From: Armatimonadota bacterium
GTDB lineage: Bacteria; Armatimonadota; Fimbriimonadia; Fimbriimonadales; GBS-DC
Length of the DNA stretch: 64,000 nt
Direction: 5' to 3'
Assembly (NCBI GenBank): GCA_037445735.1
Contig: JBBIJY010000008.1
Coordinates: forward strand, 1 to 64,000
The notes under the pieces were generated by a model that was not told the DNA's origin, ran no database searches, and saw only the letters and a program-made list of their open reading frames with translations. Numbering within the stretch: the stretch's first letter is position 1; every line of letters begins with the position of its first letter. The translations under genes were made by a program, and so were the position numbers. Below, in pieces: positions 29,912 through 40,230 of this stretch.

Positions 29912-31127
29912 GGGCAGTGTTGTGCCCGCCGAAGCCGAAGGAGTTGGTCATCGCATAGCGCACGCGCGCGGGGCGCGGCTCGTTCGGCACATAATCCAGG
30001 TCGCATTCGGGGTCGGGATATTCATAGTTGATGGTGGGCGGCAATATCTGGTGCTGGATGGCAAGGATGGTGGCGGCGGCTTCGACCGCGCCTGCCGCAC
30101 CCAGCAGATGCCCCGTCACCGACTTGGTGGAGCTGACGGGCAGTTGATAGGCATAGTCGCCGAACAGCCGCTTGATGGCGAGCGTTTCCTTCGCATCGTT
30201 GTAGCGGGTGGAGGTGCCGTGCGCGTTGATGTAGTGGATGTCGGTGGGTTGCAGCCCTGCGTCGCGGATGGCGTTGCGCATGCAGCGCATGGCGCCGTCG
30301 CCTTCGGGGTCGGGCTGGGTGATGTGGTAGGCGTCGGCGGACATACCATAGCCCATTAACTCGGCGTAGATGCGGGCGCCGCGTGCCTGCGCATGCTCCA
30401 GCGCTTCTAAGATTAACACGCCCGCGCCCTCGCCCATCACAAAGCCGTCGCGCTCGGCGTCGAAGGGGCGACAGGCATGTTCGGGGTCGTCATTGCGGGT
30501 GGACATGGCACGCGCGGCGCAGAAGGCGGCAACGCCGATGGGCACAATCGCCGCTTCGCTCCCGCCCGCAAGCATCACATCGGCGTCGCCGCGCTCAATC
30601 AGCCGCGCCGCCTGACCGAGACAATCCGCGCCTGTCGAGCATGCCGTGACGACGCACAGGTTCGGTCCCTTCGCCCCAAAGGTGATCGACACGAAACCCG
30701 ACGCCATATCGCTGATCATCATGGGGGCAAGGAAGGGTGTGATACGGTCGGGTCCCTGATCGAGCAGCACGCGCATCTGGCTGTCCATATAGTCGATGCC
30801 GCCGATGCCAGAGCCGATCAGCACGCCGATTCGCTCGGCGTTATCAGGCGTGATAGTGAGCTGGGCGTCGTCGAGCGCCATGCGGGTGGCGGCGACGGCG
30901 AACTGGATGAATCGCGAGGCGCGGCGGGCATCCTTGCGCTCCATAAACTGGGTGGGGTCGAAGTCCCTGACCTCTGCGGCGATGCGCGTGGTCAGCCCGC
31001 TCGCGTCAAAATGGGTGATGGGTCCGATCACCCGCCGTCCTTGCAACAGCCCCTGCCAGAACGGTTCGATGCCGATGCCCAGCGGGGTGATCAGCCCCAT
31101 CCCGGTGACAACAACGCGCCGTCGCAT
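29886..31127 (-). CDS. fabF: Beta-ketoacyl-ACP synthase II
   Basis: RRVVVTGMG, TACSTG, YINAHGTST, STKSVTGHLLGAAG, NSFGFGGHN. Confidence 0.97.
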   Translation of the reverse strand: MRRRVVVTGMGLITPLGIGIEPFWQGLLQGRRVIGPITHFDASGLTTRIAAEVRDFDPTQFMERKDARRASRFIQFAVAATRMALDDAQLTITPDNAERIGVLIGSGIGGIDYMDSQMRVLLDQGPDRITPFLAPMMISDMASGFVSITFGAKGPNLCVVTACSTGADCLGQAARLIERGDADVMLAGGSEAAIVPIGVAAFCAARAMSTRNDDPEHACRPFDAERDGFVMGEGAGVLILEALEHAQARGARIYAELMGYGMSADAYHITQPDPEGDGAMRCMRNAIRDAGLQPTDIHYINAHGTSTRYNDAKETLAIKRLFGDYAYQLPVSSTKSVTGHLLGAAGAVEAAATILAIQHQILPPTINYEYPDPECDLDYVPNEPRPARVRYAMTNSFGFGGHNTALIFGAFEG

Positions 31128-31130
31128 GGC

Positions 31131-31379
31131 TCAGACTTCCATCTGCAGTTTCTCGGCGAGCAGGCGCACCGCGTCGGCGACCGTACGCACCTGCTCCGCC
31201 TCCTCCTCCGCGATGCTGACATCGAACTCCTGTTCGAATGCCATCACCAGCTCGACCAGATCCAGCGAGTCGGCGCCCAGGTCATCGGTGAAGCTTGCGT
31301 CGGGTGTGACCTCCTCCTCGCGCACATCCAGCTGCTCCACGATAACCTTGCGCACACGCTCAAACAGCTCTCGATCCAT
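31131..31379 (-). CDS. acpP: Acyl carrier protein
   Basis: [21 protein letters not shown]; start MDREL at 31379 after GAGGAGG. Confidence 0.96.
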   Translation of the reverse strand: MDRELFERVRKVIVEQLDVREEEVTPDASFTDDLGADSLDLVELVMAFEQEFDVSIAEEEAEQVRTVADAVRLLAEKLQMEV

Positions 31380-31402
31380 CGCTTCTAACCTCCTCTTAGT
31401 GT

Positions 31403-32155
31403 TTAGAGTCCGACGGTGAGACCACCGTCGATGGTCAGCACCTGCCCCGTAATGTACGAGGCGTAATCGCTGCACAGAAAGAGTACCCCAAACGCCACCT
31501 CTTCTGGGGTGCCGAACCGTCCGAGAGGGATGCGCTGGAGGGCATATGCCCGCAGGTTGTCGGGCAGGGCGCGAGTCATGTCGGTTTCGATGAGACCGGG
31601 CGCGATCGCGTTGCAGGTGATGTTGCGGCTGCCCACTTCGAGGGCGACGCTGCGGGTGAAGCCGATCAGCGCGGCTTTGGACGCCACATAGTTCGCCTGA
31701 CCCGCGTTGCCTGTCAGCCCCACAACGGAGCTGATGTTGATGATGCGTCCCCATCGCTGGCGCAGCATCGGCTTGAGCGCGGCGCGGGTCGCCACAAAAG
31801 CGCCCCGCAGGTTCACCTCCAGCACGCGATCCCAGTCCTCATCCTTCATGCGCAGCAGCAGGGTGTCGCGATTGATGCCCGCGTTATTGACGAGGATGTC
31901 GAGCCGCTCCCAGCGGTTGAGGACGGACTCGATGGCGTTTTCGAGGGCGGTCGCGTCGGCGACATCGGCGGCGATGGGCATCGCCTCACCGCCTGCTTGC
32001 AGAATCTGCTGGGCGACCTGCTGGGCGTTGGTGTCGGTGCGGCTCAACACGGCGACCTTCGCGCCCGCCTGTGCCAGCGCCGTCGCAATCGCCTGCCCGA
32101 TGCCGCGCCCCGCGCCCGTTACCAGCGCCACACGCCCGTCTAACGCGATGGTCAT
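31403..32155 (-). CDS. fabG: 3-oxoacyl-ACP reductase
   Basis: [28 protein letters not shown]. Confidence 0.95.
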   Translation of the reverse strand: MTIALDGRVALVTGAGRGIGQAIATALAQAGAKVAVLSRTDTNAQQVAQQILQAGGEAMPIAADVADATALENAIESVLNRWERLDILVNNAGINRDTLLLRMKDEDWDRVLEVNLRGAFVATRAALKPMLRQRWGRIINISSVVGLTGNAGQANYVASKAALIGFTRSVALEVGSRNITCNAIAPGLIETDMTRALPDNLRAYALQRIPLGRFGTPEEVAFGVLFLCSDYASYITGQVLTIDGGLTVGL

Positions 32156-33102
32156 GCCGCACCTCGCAATCCCTGCACCGTCTCTTGCAGTGTCTTTGAG
32201 TCTACCACACGCAGGCAGCGTGCGTCGGGCACGATGCGCTTGATCAGCCCGATCAGCACCTCGCCGACGCCCACCTCAATGAAGGTGTCCACGCCCTGCG
32301 CGTGCATCCACTCCACGCACTCCTGCCAGCGCACGGGGCTGGCAATCTGGCGGCTCATGATGTCCCGAATCGCTTCGGGGTCGGTCATTGGGCGGGCGGT
32401 TACATTCGACACGATGGGGATGATGGGGCGGTGGAAGGTGGCGGTGCGGTAGGCGCTGGCGATCACTTCCGCGGCTTCGTTCATCAGGGGCGAATGGAAC
32501 GCGCCAGCGACGGCGAGCGGAATGACGCGCCGTGCGCCCATTGCCCGGGCGATTTCGGCGGCGCGTTCGAGCGCCTTCGGCGTGCCCGAGATGACCACCT
32601 GCATCGGCGCGTTGTAGTTGGCGGGCACCACAATCTCGCCTGTCTCCTGTTGTGCCTGCTGGCACGCTGCTTCCACCTTCGCCGTCTCCAGCCCGATAAT
32701 GGCGACCATCGAGCCGACGATGCGGTCGGCGACCTTGCGCATCGCTTTCGCCCGCTCTTCAACCCAGTAGAAGGTTTCCTCGAAGCTCCAGACGCCGCCC
32801 GCTGCCAGCGCGGTGTATTCGCCCATGCTGTGCCCCGCCAGATAGTCGGGCTGGAAGTCGGGCAGGGCTTCGCGCAGGGCTTCCCACGCGGCGTAGCAGA
32901 CGGTCAGCAGCGCGGGCTGCGCGTTCTCCGTGCGCTTGAGCGTCTCTTCGTCCGATTCGAAGCAGAGCTGGGTGAAGGAGCGTCCTGCCTGCTCGCTGGC
33001 GATATCGAACACGCGCCGCGCCGCCGCGCTCTGCTCATACAGCTCGCGCCCCATGCCAGGACGCTGCGAACCCTGCCCTGGAAACACAACCGCCACGCCC
33101 AT
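32152..33102 (-). CDS. fabD: Malonyl-CoA:ACP transacylase
   Basis: FPGQGSQ, GHSMGEY, AFHS, SPVRW, FIEVG. Confidence 0.96.
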   Translation of the reverse strand: MGVAVVFPGQGSQRPGMGRELYEQSAAARRVFDIASEQAGRSFTQLCFESDEETLKRTENAQPALLTVCYAAWEALREALPDFQPDYLAGHSMGEYTALAAGGVWSFEETFYWVEERAKAMRKVADRIVGSMVAIIGLETAKVEAACQQAQQETGEIVVPANYNAPMQVVISGTPKALERAAEIARAMGARRVIPLAVAGAFHSPLMNEAAEVIASAYRTATFHRPIIPIVSNVTARPMTDPEAIRDIMSRQIASPVRWQECVEWMHAQGVDTFIEVGVGEVLIGLIKRIVPDARCLRVVDSKTLQETVQGLRGAA

Positions 33103-33114
33103 AATTGGGGGGGA

Positions 33115-33378
33115 TTATACCTGCAAATCACCAAAAACCTGATAGCAGATGCAGCAGCCGAACAGCCCCGTTTGTTGAATCTGTTCAGGTGTGGTGCCGC
33201 AGAGGGGGCAGCAGGTGTGCCTGTGGGGAGGTGGGCGCAGCTGCTGGAGCCAGCGACTGATGGGGACGGTCAACATACGGCGTTCGTAGCGTGTGGCGCA
33301 TGACCGACACAGCACAAGCCATCGCCGTTCAGTGCGCACCCGCAGCCACGCCGCCGCGCCACACAGGGCACAGGTCAT
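33115..33378 (-). CDS. Small Cys-rich protein resembling the N-terminal zinc-binding part of McsA
   Basis: Four CxxC pairs; CPLCGTT....QTGLFGCCICYQVF; start overlaps the ilvE stop. Confidence 0.55.
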   Translation of the reverse strand: MTCALCGAAAWLRVRTERRWLVLCRSCATRYERRMLTVPISRWLQQLRPPPHRHTCCPLCGTTPEQIQQTGLFGCCICYQVFGDLQV

Positions 33379-34265
33379 CGCACGCCCACCGACACCAGCA
33401 CACCCATCTCGCGCGTGCGCTGGCGAAACTCCTGAATGATGCGCTGGGTGAGAGCACCTGGCTTGCCGTCGCCAATCGGTCGCCGATCAAGGCTGATCAT
33501 CGGGATAATCTCGGCAGCCGTGCCCGTCAGAAACGCTTCGTCCGCCGTGTACACATCGTGCAGGGTCAGCCAGTCCTCAATCGACGGGATGCCAAGGTCG
33601 TGCGCGATTTCGATCACGGTCTGGCGCGTGATGCCCTTGAGAATGCCACAGGCGGGATGCGGCGTGCGCAACACGCCGTCATGCACCACGAAGATGTTGT
33701 CGCCCGTCGCTTCCGCCACATAGCCCTGCGCGTTCAGCATCAACCCTTCGCCCGCGCCCTGACGATTCGCCTCCAGCTTCGCCTGAATGTTGCTCACATA
33801 GCGCCCGATCGACTTGATGCGGGGATCCAGCGAATCGGGCGTCATCACGCGCGTGGAGACCGTCACCACATGCAGTCCCGTCTCGTACATTTCGGGCGGG
33901 TAGAGCGCGAGGCGCGTAACGGCAATCATCACATTGGGGGTCTGGTCGATGTTTTCGGGGTTCAACCCGATGCCCGTGCCGCGCGAGACGGAGACGCGGA
34001 TATAGGCGTTCTCCGCGCCCGAAGCCTCCACCGTGTCGATAATCCGTTGCTTCAGCTCCTCATAAGGCAACATGCCCCGAATGTCCAGGTGGCGGATGCC
34101 GTCATAGAGCCGTCGGAGATGCTCGTCCAGTCGGAAGATTCGGCGGTTATAGAGGCGGATACCCTCAAACACGCCGTCGCCATACAGATAGGCATGGTCG
34201 AACACGGGGATTCGTGCATCCTGCAGCGGCATCAGCGTGCCGTTCCAGTTGACCATCATCTGCAT
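33375..34265 (-). CDS. ilvE: Branched-chain amino acid aminotransferase (PLP class IV)
   Basis: YGDGVFEGIR, HLRRL, IKS, EATGDNIF, ILKGITR, EAFLTGTAAEI. Confidence 0.92.
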   Translation of the reverse strand: MQMMVNWNGTLMPLQDARIPVFDHAYLYGDGVFEGIRLYNRRIFRLDEHLRRLYDGIRHLDIRGMLPYEELKQRIIDTVEASGAENAYIRVSVSRGTGIGLNPENIDQTPNVMIAVTRLALYPPEMYETGLHVVTVSTRVMTPDSLDPRIKSIGRYVSNIQAKLEANRQGAGEGLMLNAQGYVAEATGDNIFVVHDGVLRTPHPACGILKGITRQTVIEIAHDLGIPSIEDWLTLHDVYTADEAFLTGTAAEIIPMISLDRRPIGDGKPGALTQRIIQEFRQRTREMGVLVSVGVR

Positions 34266-34402
34266 CGTCGCATAGAACCTCCTCGATGGGGATTATACCG
34301 CATCGAGCGCGGGTCTTTGAGGGGATAGTGGCGTCTGGACGGCAAGCTGCAGGGTGAGGAGCGGCTAACGCATGCGCGCTGGACGCGCGTCAGCACGGTT
34401 TT

Positions 34403-35983
34403 TTAGCCCGCGACGCCCACCATCGCCGCGCCGATCGCTTCGCGCGAGAAGTCGGCGCGGCGGAACAGTTTGACTACGCGCCCGCGATACAGCACGCCGA
34501 TACGGTCGCAGTGCACCATCAGCTCGTCCAGATCGAGCGAGATGACCAGCGCGCTCATCCCGTGCAGGCATGCCTCCCGAATGGCGGTATAGGTCGCCTC
34601 GGTGCCGCGAATGTCCAGCCCGCGCGTGGGCGCGTAAGCAATCAGCAGGCGCGGCTGACCGTACAGGGCGCGCGCCACCACCAGCCGCTGCTGATTGCCG
34701 CCCGATAGCGTGGTCAGCGGCGCGCGCAGGGAGGGCACTTTGACCTGGAACCGCTCGATCAGTGCGAGCGCCCGCTTCTCAATCGCCTTCGGGTGCAGCC
34801 AGCCAAGCCGCTGAAGCTCGCGCTCGCGCTGGGCGCCCAGAATCGCGTTCTCCAGCACGCTCCAGCTAACAATAATCCCGCGCCGAAAGCGGTCGTCGAA
34901 CAGGAACCGCATGCCCGCCTGAAGCCTGCGGGCAGGACTCCAGCGCTCGATGGGCGTGCCATCCAGTCGCAGATGCCCGCGCGCGATGGCTCGCAAGCCC
35001 GCGAGCGCCTCCATCAGCTCCTGCTGACCGTTGCCGTCCACGCCTGCCAGCCCCAGAATCTCGCCGGGCATTACCTCGAGGCTCAACTCCTGCACGCCCC
35101 AGCCACCCCGATCGGAGCGCACAAAGAGCGATTCAATCGCAAGGCGCGGCACGATGCCAGAGTGTTTTGCCCCCTCACCCGTACCCTCTCCCCCGCAGGC
35201 GGGGGAGAGGGACTCAGATGCTCCCTCTGGGGGTGAGAGGTTTACTCTATCGCTGGGCGGCTCCTCGCCGATAATCCAGCGGGTGAGCGTCGCGGCGTCA
35301 GTCGCGCTCACGGGCGATTCGGCGACCTTGCGCCCGCCCCGCAACACCGTCACCCAGTCGGCATACTCCAGCACCTCCTGCAGCTTGTGCGTCACCAGCA
35401 GGATGGTACGCCCGTCGGCTTTCAGGCGCAACAGCGTGCTGAACAGCGTCTGCACATCGGCAGGCGAGAGCATCGCCGTCGGCTCGTCCAGAATCAGAAT
35501 CTCGGCGTTGCGCCAGAGCAGCTTCAGAATCTCCAGTTTCTGGCGGGACGCCACGCTCAGCTCTTCGGCGGGGCGGTTCCAGTCGGCTTCGAACTGAAGG
35601 CTCTGCGCCAGTTGCTCGGCTCGCTGGCGTGCCGCGCGGCGGTTCAGAATGCCCAGCGCCCCCGCCTGCTCCGCGCCCAGCATCAGATTGTCGAGGACGC
35701 TCAGTTCGGGGATGATGCTGTAGTGCTGGCTGACCATGCCGATGCCGTGCGCGATGGCGTCGGCGGGGCTGGTGAAACGCACGCGCTGCCCTCTAAGATA
35801 GATTTCGCCTGCGTCGGGCGTATAGTAGCCGTACAGGATGCGCATGAGGGTGGTCTTGCCCGCGCCGTTCTCGCCAACAATCGCGTGCAGGGTGCCCGCG
35901 CGCACATGCAGGTCGACGCCGTCATTCGCCACGAGGCTGCCGAACCGCTTCGTGATGGCGTGCATCTGCACAATCGCGTCCAT
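34403..35983 (-). CDS. Double-NBD ABC transporter ATPase (sugar/nucleoside type)
   Basis: GENGAGKTT, ILDEPTA, THKL, GVDGNGQ, LSGGNQQ, PTRGLD. Confidence 0.9.
   Translation of the reverse strand: MDAIVQMHAITKRFGSLVANDGVDLHVRAGTLHAIVGENGAGKTTLMRILYGYYTPDAGEIYLRGQRVRFTSPADAIAHGIGMVSQHYSIIPELSVLDNLMLGAEQAGALGILNRRAARQRAEQLAQSLQFEADWNRPAEELSVASRQKLEILKLLWRNAEILILDEPTAMLSPADVQTLFSTLLRLKADGRTILLVTHKLQEVLEYADWVTVLRGGRKVAESPVSATDAATLTRWIIGEEPPSDRVNLSPPEGASESLSPACGGEGTGEGAKHSGIVPRLAIESLFVRSDRGGWGVQELSLEVMPGEILGLAGVDGNGQQELMEALAGLRAIARGHLRLDGTPIERWSPARRLQAGMRFLFDDRFRRGIIVSWSVLENAILGAQRERELQRLGWLHPKAIEKRALALIERFQVKVPSLRAPLTTLSGGNQQRLVVARALYGQPRLLIAYAPTRGLDIRGTEATYTAIREACLHGMSALVISLDLDELMVHCDRIGVLYRGRVVKLFRRADFSREAIGAAMVGVAG
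35170..35240. repeat. In-frame CCCTC palindromic unit(s) in ABC ATPase inter-domain linker
   Basis: CCCCTCACCCGTACCCTCTCCCCCGCAGGCGGGGGAGAGGG; read on the - strand as LSPACGGEGTGEG. Confidence 0.85.
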
Positions 35984-35986
35984 CGG

Positions 35987-36781
35987 TTACTCCTCTGCGG
36001 GGTAGAAGGCGTGGAAGTGGTGGGGCGGGCTGTGCCCATGCCCAACGGCGACGGCGGTGCGCAGGGCGGCGGTCAGGTAGTCTTTGGCGCGGCGGACAGC
36101 GGTCGGCACATCGTTGCCTTTTGCCAGGAAGGCGGCAATCGCAGCGGAGAAGGCGCAGCCGGTGCCGTGTGTGTGGGGCGTGTCGATATGCTCGGCAGGC
36201 AGCCACAGGAACCGCTCGCCATCATAGAGCAGGTCGTCAGCGCGGTCAGGCAGATGCCCGCCCTTGACCACCACCCAGCGCGGTCCCAGCGCGTGGATGG
36301 CTCGCGCCGCCTCCTGCATGGCGGCTTTATCCTGCACCGGGAAGCCTGTGAGCACGCTCGCCTCGCCCAGATTCGGCGTGACGACGAGCGCGAGGGGCAG
36401 CAGTTCGCGTCGTAAAGCCTCAATCGCGTCCTCGCGCAGCAGGCGGTCGCCGCTCTTGGCAACCATCACGGGGTCCACCACCAGGTTGCGGATGTTCCAG
36501 CGGCGGACGCGCTCCGCCACGATGCGGATGATCGCCTCGCTGAACAGCATGCCCGTTTTGGCGGCGTCGGCGCCGATGTCACTCATGATGGAGTCGATCT
36601 GTTGACCCACGAAGTCGGGTTCGACGGGGAACACGCCCTGCACGCCGAGCGTGTTCTGGGCGGTGAGCGCGGTGATGGCGCTGGTGCCGTACACGCCCAG
36701 CGCGGCGAAGGTCTTCAGGTCCGCCTGAATGCCCGCTCCGCCCCCCGAATCGGAGCCAGCAATCGTGAGTGCCCTGCGCAT
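35987..36781 (-). CDS. thiD: Hydroxymethylpyrimidine/phosphomethylpyrimidine kinase
   Basis: [40 protein letters not shown]. Confidence 0.96.
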   Translation of the reverse strand: MRRALTIAGSDSGGGAGIQADLKTFAALGVYGTSAITALTAQNTLGVQGVFPVEPDFVGQQIDSIMSDIGADAAKTGMLFSEAIIRIVAERVRRWNIRNLVVDPVMVAKSGDRLLREDAIEALRRELLPLALVVTPNLGEASVLTGFPVQDKAAMQEAARAIHALGPRWVVVKGGHLPDRADDLLYDGERFLWLPAEHIDTPHTHGTGCAFSAAIAAFLAKGNDVPTAVRRAKDYLTAALRTAVAVGHGHSPPHHFHAFYPAEE

Positions 36782-36796
36782 GGTGAGGAGTGTACC

Positions 36797-37429
36797 CTAT
36801 CGGAGGCGGCTTTCGATGAGGGCGACGATTTCGGGGTCGTGGCTGCGGCGGGCGACCTCCAGCACCGTTTCGCCCAGCAGGCTGCGAGCGCTGGGGTCGG
36901 CGCCATGGTCGAGCAGCAGGCGCACGGTGTCGCGATGCCCGTTCTCGGCGGCGAGCATCAGCAGGGTGCGCCCGTTGCGGTCGCGCTCGTTGGGCGAGAT
37001 GCCACGCGCCAGCATCGCTTTCAGCACGCGCGTGCGCCCGTACACCGCCGCGTAATAGGCGGGCGAGTTGCCCGGCGTCATCTCGCGCAGGTAGCCCGTG
37101 CGGTCGCGCGCGCCCAGACTCGCACCATGCTCAATCAGCAGGAGCGCGATGTCTTCATAGCCGCGCGCAATCGCAAGAGTCAGCGCGGTGAGACCGGAGC
37201 GCGTGGCGGCGTTCACCGAAGCGCCCCGTTTCAGCAGGGTCGCCACCTGCGCCCGATCGCCCTGCTCCACCGCCTGCAGCAACTGCTGGTTCAGCTGGCG
37301 ATTGCGCTCGCGCAGATGCCGAAACTGAGGCGAGAGCATCACCATCACGGTCAGCACAATCGGCAGCACGAAAAAGCCGATAATCAGCGCCTTCTGCCAC
37401 TGCGCCCGCGCCGCATCCGTCTCTGCCAT
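36797..37429 (-). CDS. Membrane-anchored ankyrin-repeat protein
   Basis: N-terminal TM segment, then ankyrin repeats (GLTALTLA, GRTLLMLAAENGH, LLDHGAD); start MAETD at 37429. Confidence 0.82.
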   Translation of the reverse strand: MAETDAARAQWQKALIIGFFVLPIVLTVMVMLSPQFRHLRERNRQLNQQLLQAVEQGDRAQVATLLKRGASVNAATRSGLTALTLAIARGYEDIALLLIEHGASLGARDRTGYLREMTPGNSPAYYAAVYGRTRVLKAMLARGISPNERDRNGRTLLMLAAENGHRDTVRLLLDHGADPSARSLLGETVLEVARRSHDPEIVALIESRLR

Positions 37430-37484
37430 CCGATTCGATGATACCCCCTGAACGGGTACAATCTGGGGCGGAGGCACACGCGAA

Positions 37485-37829
37485 ATGAAGATGCCGAAGA
37501 TACCCGGTGGACAGATGCGCCAGCTGATGGAGGAGGCGCAACGCATGCTGGCGGAAGCCGAACAGTTCGAGCAGGAGATGGAGCAGCTGCAGGTGCAGGC
37601 GACGGCGGGCGGCGGCGTGGTCAAAGCGACCGTGAACGGCAAGGGCATGCTGGTCAGCCTCGAAATCGCCCGCGAGGTGATTGACCCCGACGACCCTGAG
37701 ATGCTTCAGGACTTGGTGGTGAGTGCAGTGCGCGAAGCGCAGGCGCAGGCTGAAGCCGTCCGAACCGAACGGATGCAACAGATCACAGGCGCGTTCGGCG
37801 GACTGGGTAATATCGGGCTGCCGTTCTGA
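37485..37829 (+). CDS. ybaB: Nucleoid-associated protein YbaB/EbfC
   Basis: AGGGVVKATVNG, DPDDPEMLQDLVVSA; precedes recR. Confidence 0.92.
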   Translation: MKMPKIPGGQMRQLMEEAQRMLAEAEQFEQEMEQLQVQATAGGGVVKATVNGKGMLVSLEIAREVIDPDDPEMLQDLVVSAVREAQAQAEAVRTERMQQITGAFGGLGNIGLPF

Positions 37830-37833
37830 ACCG

Positions 37834-38433
37834 ATGGCACTCTTTCCACCCGCGTTGCGTCAGTTGATTACGCTGCTGGAGCGGTTGCCGGGCATCGGAC
37901 CCCGCTCGGCGCAGCGGCTCGCGCTCTACTTGATCCGTCGCCCCCAGGACGAGGTGGAACAGCTCGCGAGCGCGCTGCTCAACGCCCGCCACAGAGTGCG
38001 CCTGTGCGAGCGATGCTTCTTTTTGAGCGAACAGCCCCTGTGCGAAATCTGTCAGGACAGCACGCGCGACGCCAGCCTGCTCTGTATCGTCGCCGATCCG
38101 CGCGATGTGGTCTCACTGGAGCGACTGGAACAGTATCGCGGGCTGTACCATGTGCTGCACGGGCTGATCTCGCCCGCGGAGGGCGTCCAGCCAGAAGACC
38201 TGAAGATTCGGGAGCTGATGGAGCGCGTGCGGGCGCAACCCCCGCAGGAGGTAATCCTGGCGACTCCACCCACCGTGGAGGGCGACACCACCGCGCTTTA
38301 TCTGGCACGGCTCCTCAAGCCGATGGGGATTCGAACCACGCGCATCGCCTACGGCATGCCCGTCGGCGGCGAGCTGGACTACGCCGACGCCGCCACGCTC
38401 GGCTACGCCCTCAGCGGCAGACGCGAAATCTAA
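37834..38433 (+). CDS. recR: Recombination mediator RecR
   Basis: LPGIGPRSAQRLA, CERC...CEIC, YHVLHG, VEGDTTA, GGELDYAD. Confidence 0.96.
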   Translation: MALFPPALRQLITLLERLPGIGPRSAQRLALYLIRRPQDEVEQLASALLNARHRVRLCERCFFLSEQPLCEICQDSTRDASLLCIVADPRDVVSLERLEQYRGLYHVLHGLISPAEGVQPEDLKIRELMERVRAQPPQEVILATPPTVEGDTTALYLARLLKPMGIRTTRIAYGMPVGGELDYADAATLGYALSGRREI

Positions 38434-38453
38434 AATCACTCACATCACTAAAT

Positions 38454-38476
38454 CACGGGCAGGATGCCCGTGCTAC
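38454..38476 (-). repeat. GTAG-type REP-like palindrome
   Basis: Minus strand GTAG-CACGGGCA-TCC-TGCCCGTG: GTAG tetramer followed by a perfect hairpin. Confidence 0.7.
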
Positions 38477-38515
38477 TACGCAAGTGCGAAATCTGAACGG
38501 AGGAAGAAACCCAAA

Positions 38516-39877
38516 ATGTTGTTAGCCGACCGACTGGCACGCTATGCAACGGAGCTGCGCTATGAGCAGTTGCCGCCCGAAACGGTGCATGAGGTCAAGC
38601 GCCGCTGGATCGATTCGATTGCGTGCGCGTTTGGCGCGTGGCGGGACGAGACCGCCGAACTCGTGCGCCGTGTGGCAACGCAGGTAAGCAGTCCCTACGG
38701 GGCGACGATCATCGGCACGCGCCATAAAGCCTCGCCCGACTGGGCTGCCTTCGCGAACGGGCTGCTCATCCGCTATCTGGACTACAACGACACCTATCTC
38801 TCTAAAGAGCCTGCCCATCCGAGCGATAACCTCGCGGCGGTGCTCGCGGCAGCGGAAGCGGAACGCGCCGACGGCAAAGCGGCGATCCTCGCCACCGTGA
38901 TTGCCTACGAGATTCAGTGCCGCCTGTGCGACGCGGCGAGCCTGCGAGCGCGCGGCTGGGACCATGTGAACTATGGGCTGTTCTCGGCGTCGGCAGCCGC
39001 TTCGCGCCTGATGGGTCTATCGGCAGAAGCCACGAAGCACGCGATGAGCATCGCGGGCGTGTCGGGTCTGGCGATGCGTCAGACGCGCGTGGGCGAACTC
39101 TCCATGTGGAAAGGCTGCGCCTTCGCGAACGCGGCGCGGCATGCGACCTTCGCCAGCTGGCTCGCCAAACACGGCATGACAGGTCCCTCCGAAATCTTCG
39201 AGGGCAAGATGGGCTTTATGAAGCAGGTGGCGGGCGAGTTCACGCTCGGCGCACTCGGCGGGGAAGAAGGGCACGGGTTTATGATTAATCAAACATACAT
39301 CAAATATTTTCCTGTGGAATACCATGCGCAGAGCGCGGTGTGGGCGGCGCTGGCACTGCGCGAACAAATCGGCGGCGACATCAGCCAGATTGAGGCAGTG
39401 GAGATTGACACCTTCGAGGCGTGCTACTCCATCATCGGCAGCGAGCCAGAGAAGTGGACGCCCCGCAGCCGCGAGACCGCCGACCACAGCCTGCCCTATA
39501 TCGTCGGCGTGGCGCTGGTGGACGGCAAGGTGGATTTGGAATCGTTCGAGGAATCACGCTACACCGACCCGAACCTGCTGGCGTTTCTCAAAAAGATTAC
39601 CGTGCGCCATGACCCCAGCATGGACGCCCGCTATCCTGAAGGCATCCCGAACCGAATCACGCTCCGCCTGAAGGACGGGCGCACGCTCACCGAAGAGAAC
39701 ACCTTCCCGCGCGGACACGCCCGCAACCCGATGAGCGACGAAGAGGTGGAAGCCAAGTTCCGTCGCCTGACCGCGTGGGCGCTTTCGCCCGCGCGCCAGG
39801 ATGAGGTATTGCGCTTCCTCTGGAACCTCGAATCGCAGCCAGGCATCGCGCCGCTGATGGAGCTGCTGAGCCAGTGA
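38516..39877 (+). CDS. prpD: MmgE/PrpD family protein (2-methylcitrate dehydratase-like)
   Basis: RYLDYNDTYL, HPSDN, GWDHV, SMWKG, ETADHSLPY, RGHARNPM. Confidence 0.85.
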   Translation: MLLADRLARYATELRYEQLPPETVHEVKRRWIDSIACAFGAWRDETAELVRRVATQVSSPYGATIIGTRHKASPDWAAFANGLLIRYLDYNDTYLSKEPAHPSDNLAAVLAAAEAERADGKAAILATVIAYEIQCRLCDAASLRARGWDHVNYGLFSASAAASRLMGLSAEATKHAMSIAGVSGLAMRQTRVGELSMWKGCAFANAARHATFASWLAKHGMTGPSEIFEGKMGFMKQVAGEFTLGALGGEEGHGFMINQTYIKYFPVEYHAQSAVWAALALREQIGGDISQIEAVEIDTFEACYSIIGSEPEKWTPRSRETADHSLPYIVGVALVDGKVDLESFEESRYTDPNLLAFLKKITVRHDPSMDARYPEGIPNRITLRLKDGRTLTEENTFPRGHARNPMSDEEVEAKFRRLTAWALSPARQDEVLRFLWNLESQPGIAPLMELLSQ

Positions 39878-39911
39878 ACAAAACATGAGAGCAGACCGCG
39901 CCAGCGAGAAA

Positions 39912-40168
39912 CCCCTTCACTCCAACCCTCTCCCCAGAGGGGAGAGGGAACGAATCAGCCCTCTCCCCCGCCTGCAGGGAGGAGGGGGTTCTGTGCCCCT
40001 CTCCCCCAAAGGGGGAGAGGGTACGGGTGAGGGGGCTAAGCCGCTTGCGCCTGCAGGAAACCCCTCACCCCCAGCCCCTCTCCCACACTGTTGGAGAGGG
40101 GAGCCACACACTCGCTCGCAAAAACCCCCTCTCCCCAAGCTTGGGGAGAGGGGGCACGGGGGTGAGGG
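39912..40168. repeat. Intergenic CCCTC palindromic array on the left side of the vapBC-like module
   Basis: Several hairpin units; 40011-40100 matches 41027-41116 at 88/90. Confidence 0.9.
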
Positions 40169-40230
40169 CTAACACCCACCGCCGAAGTTGAACAACACAA
40201 TCAGCACGAAATATGCTCGCACAGCGGGTA

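Noticed and set aside
39885-40172. ORFs made of repeat sequence (39885-40172, 21036-21402, 40972-41163, 44578-44802)
   Set aside because: Translations are just the repeat in various frames, with no independent coding evidence.
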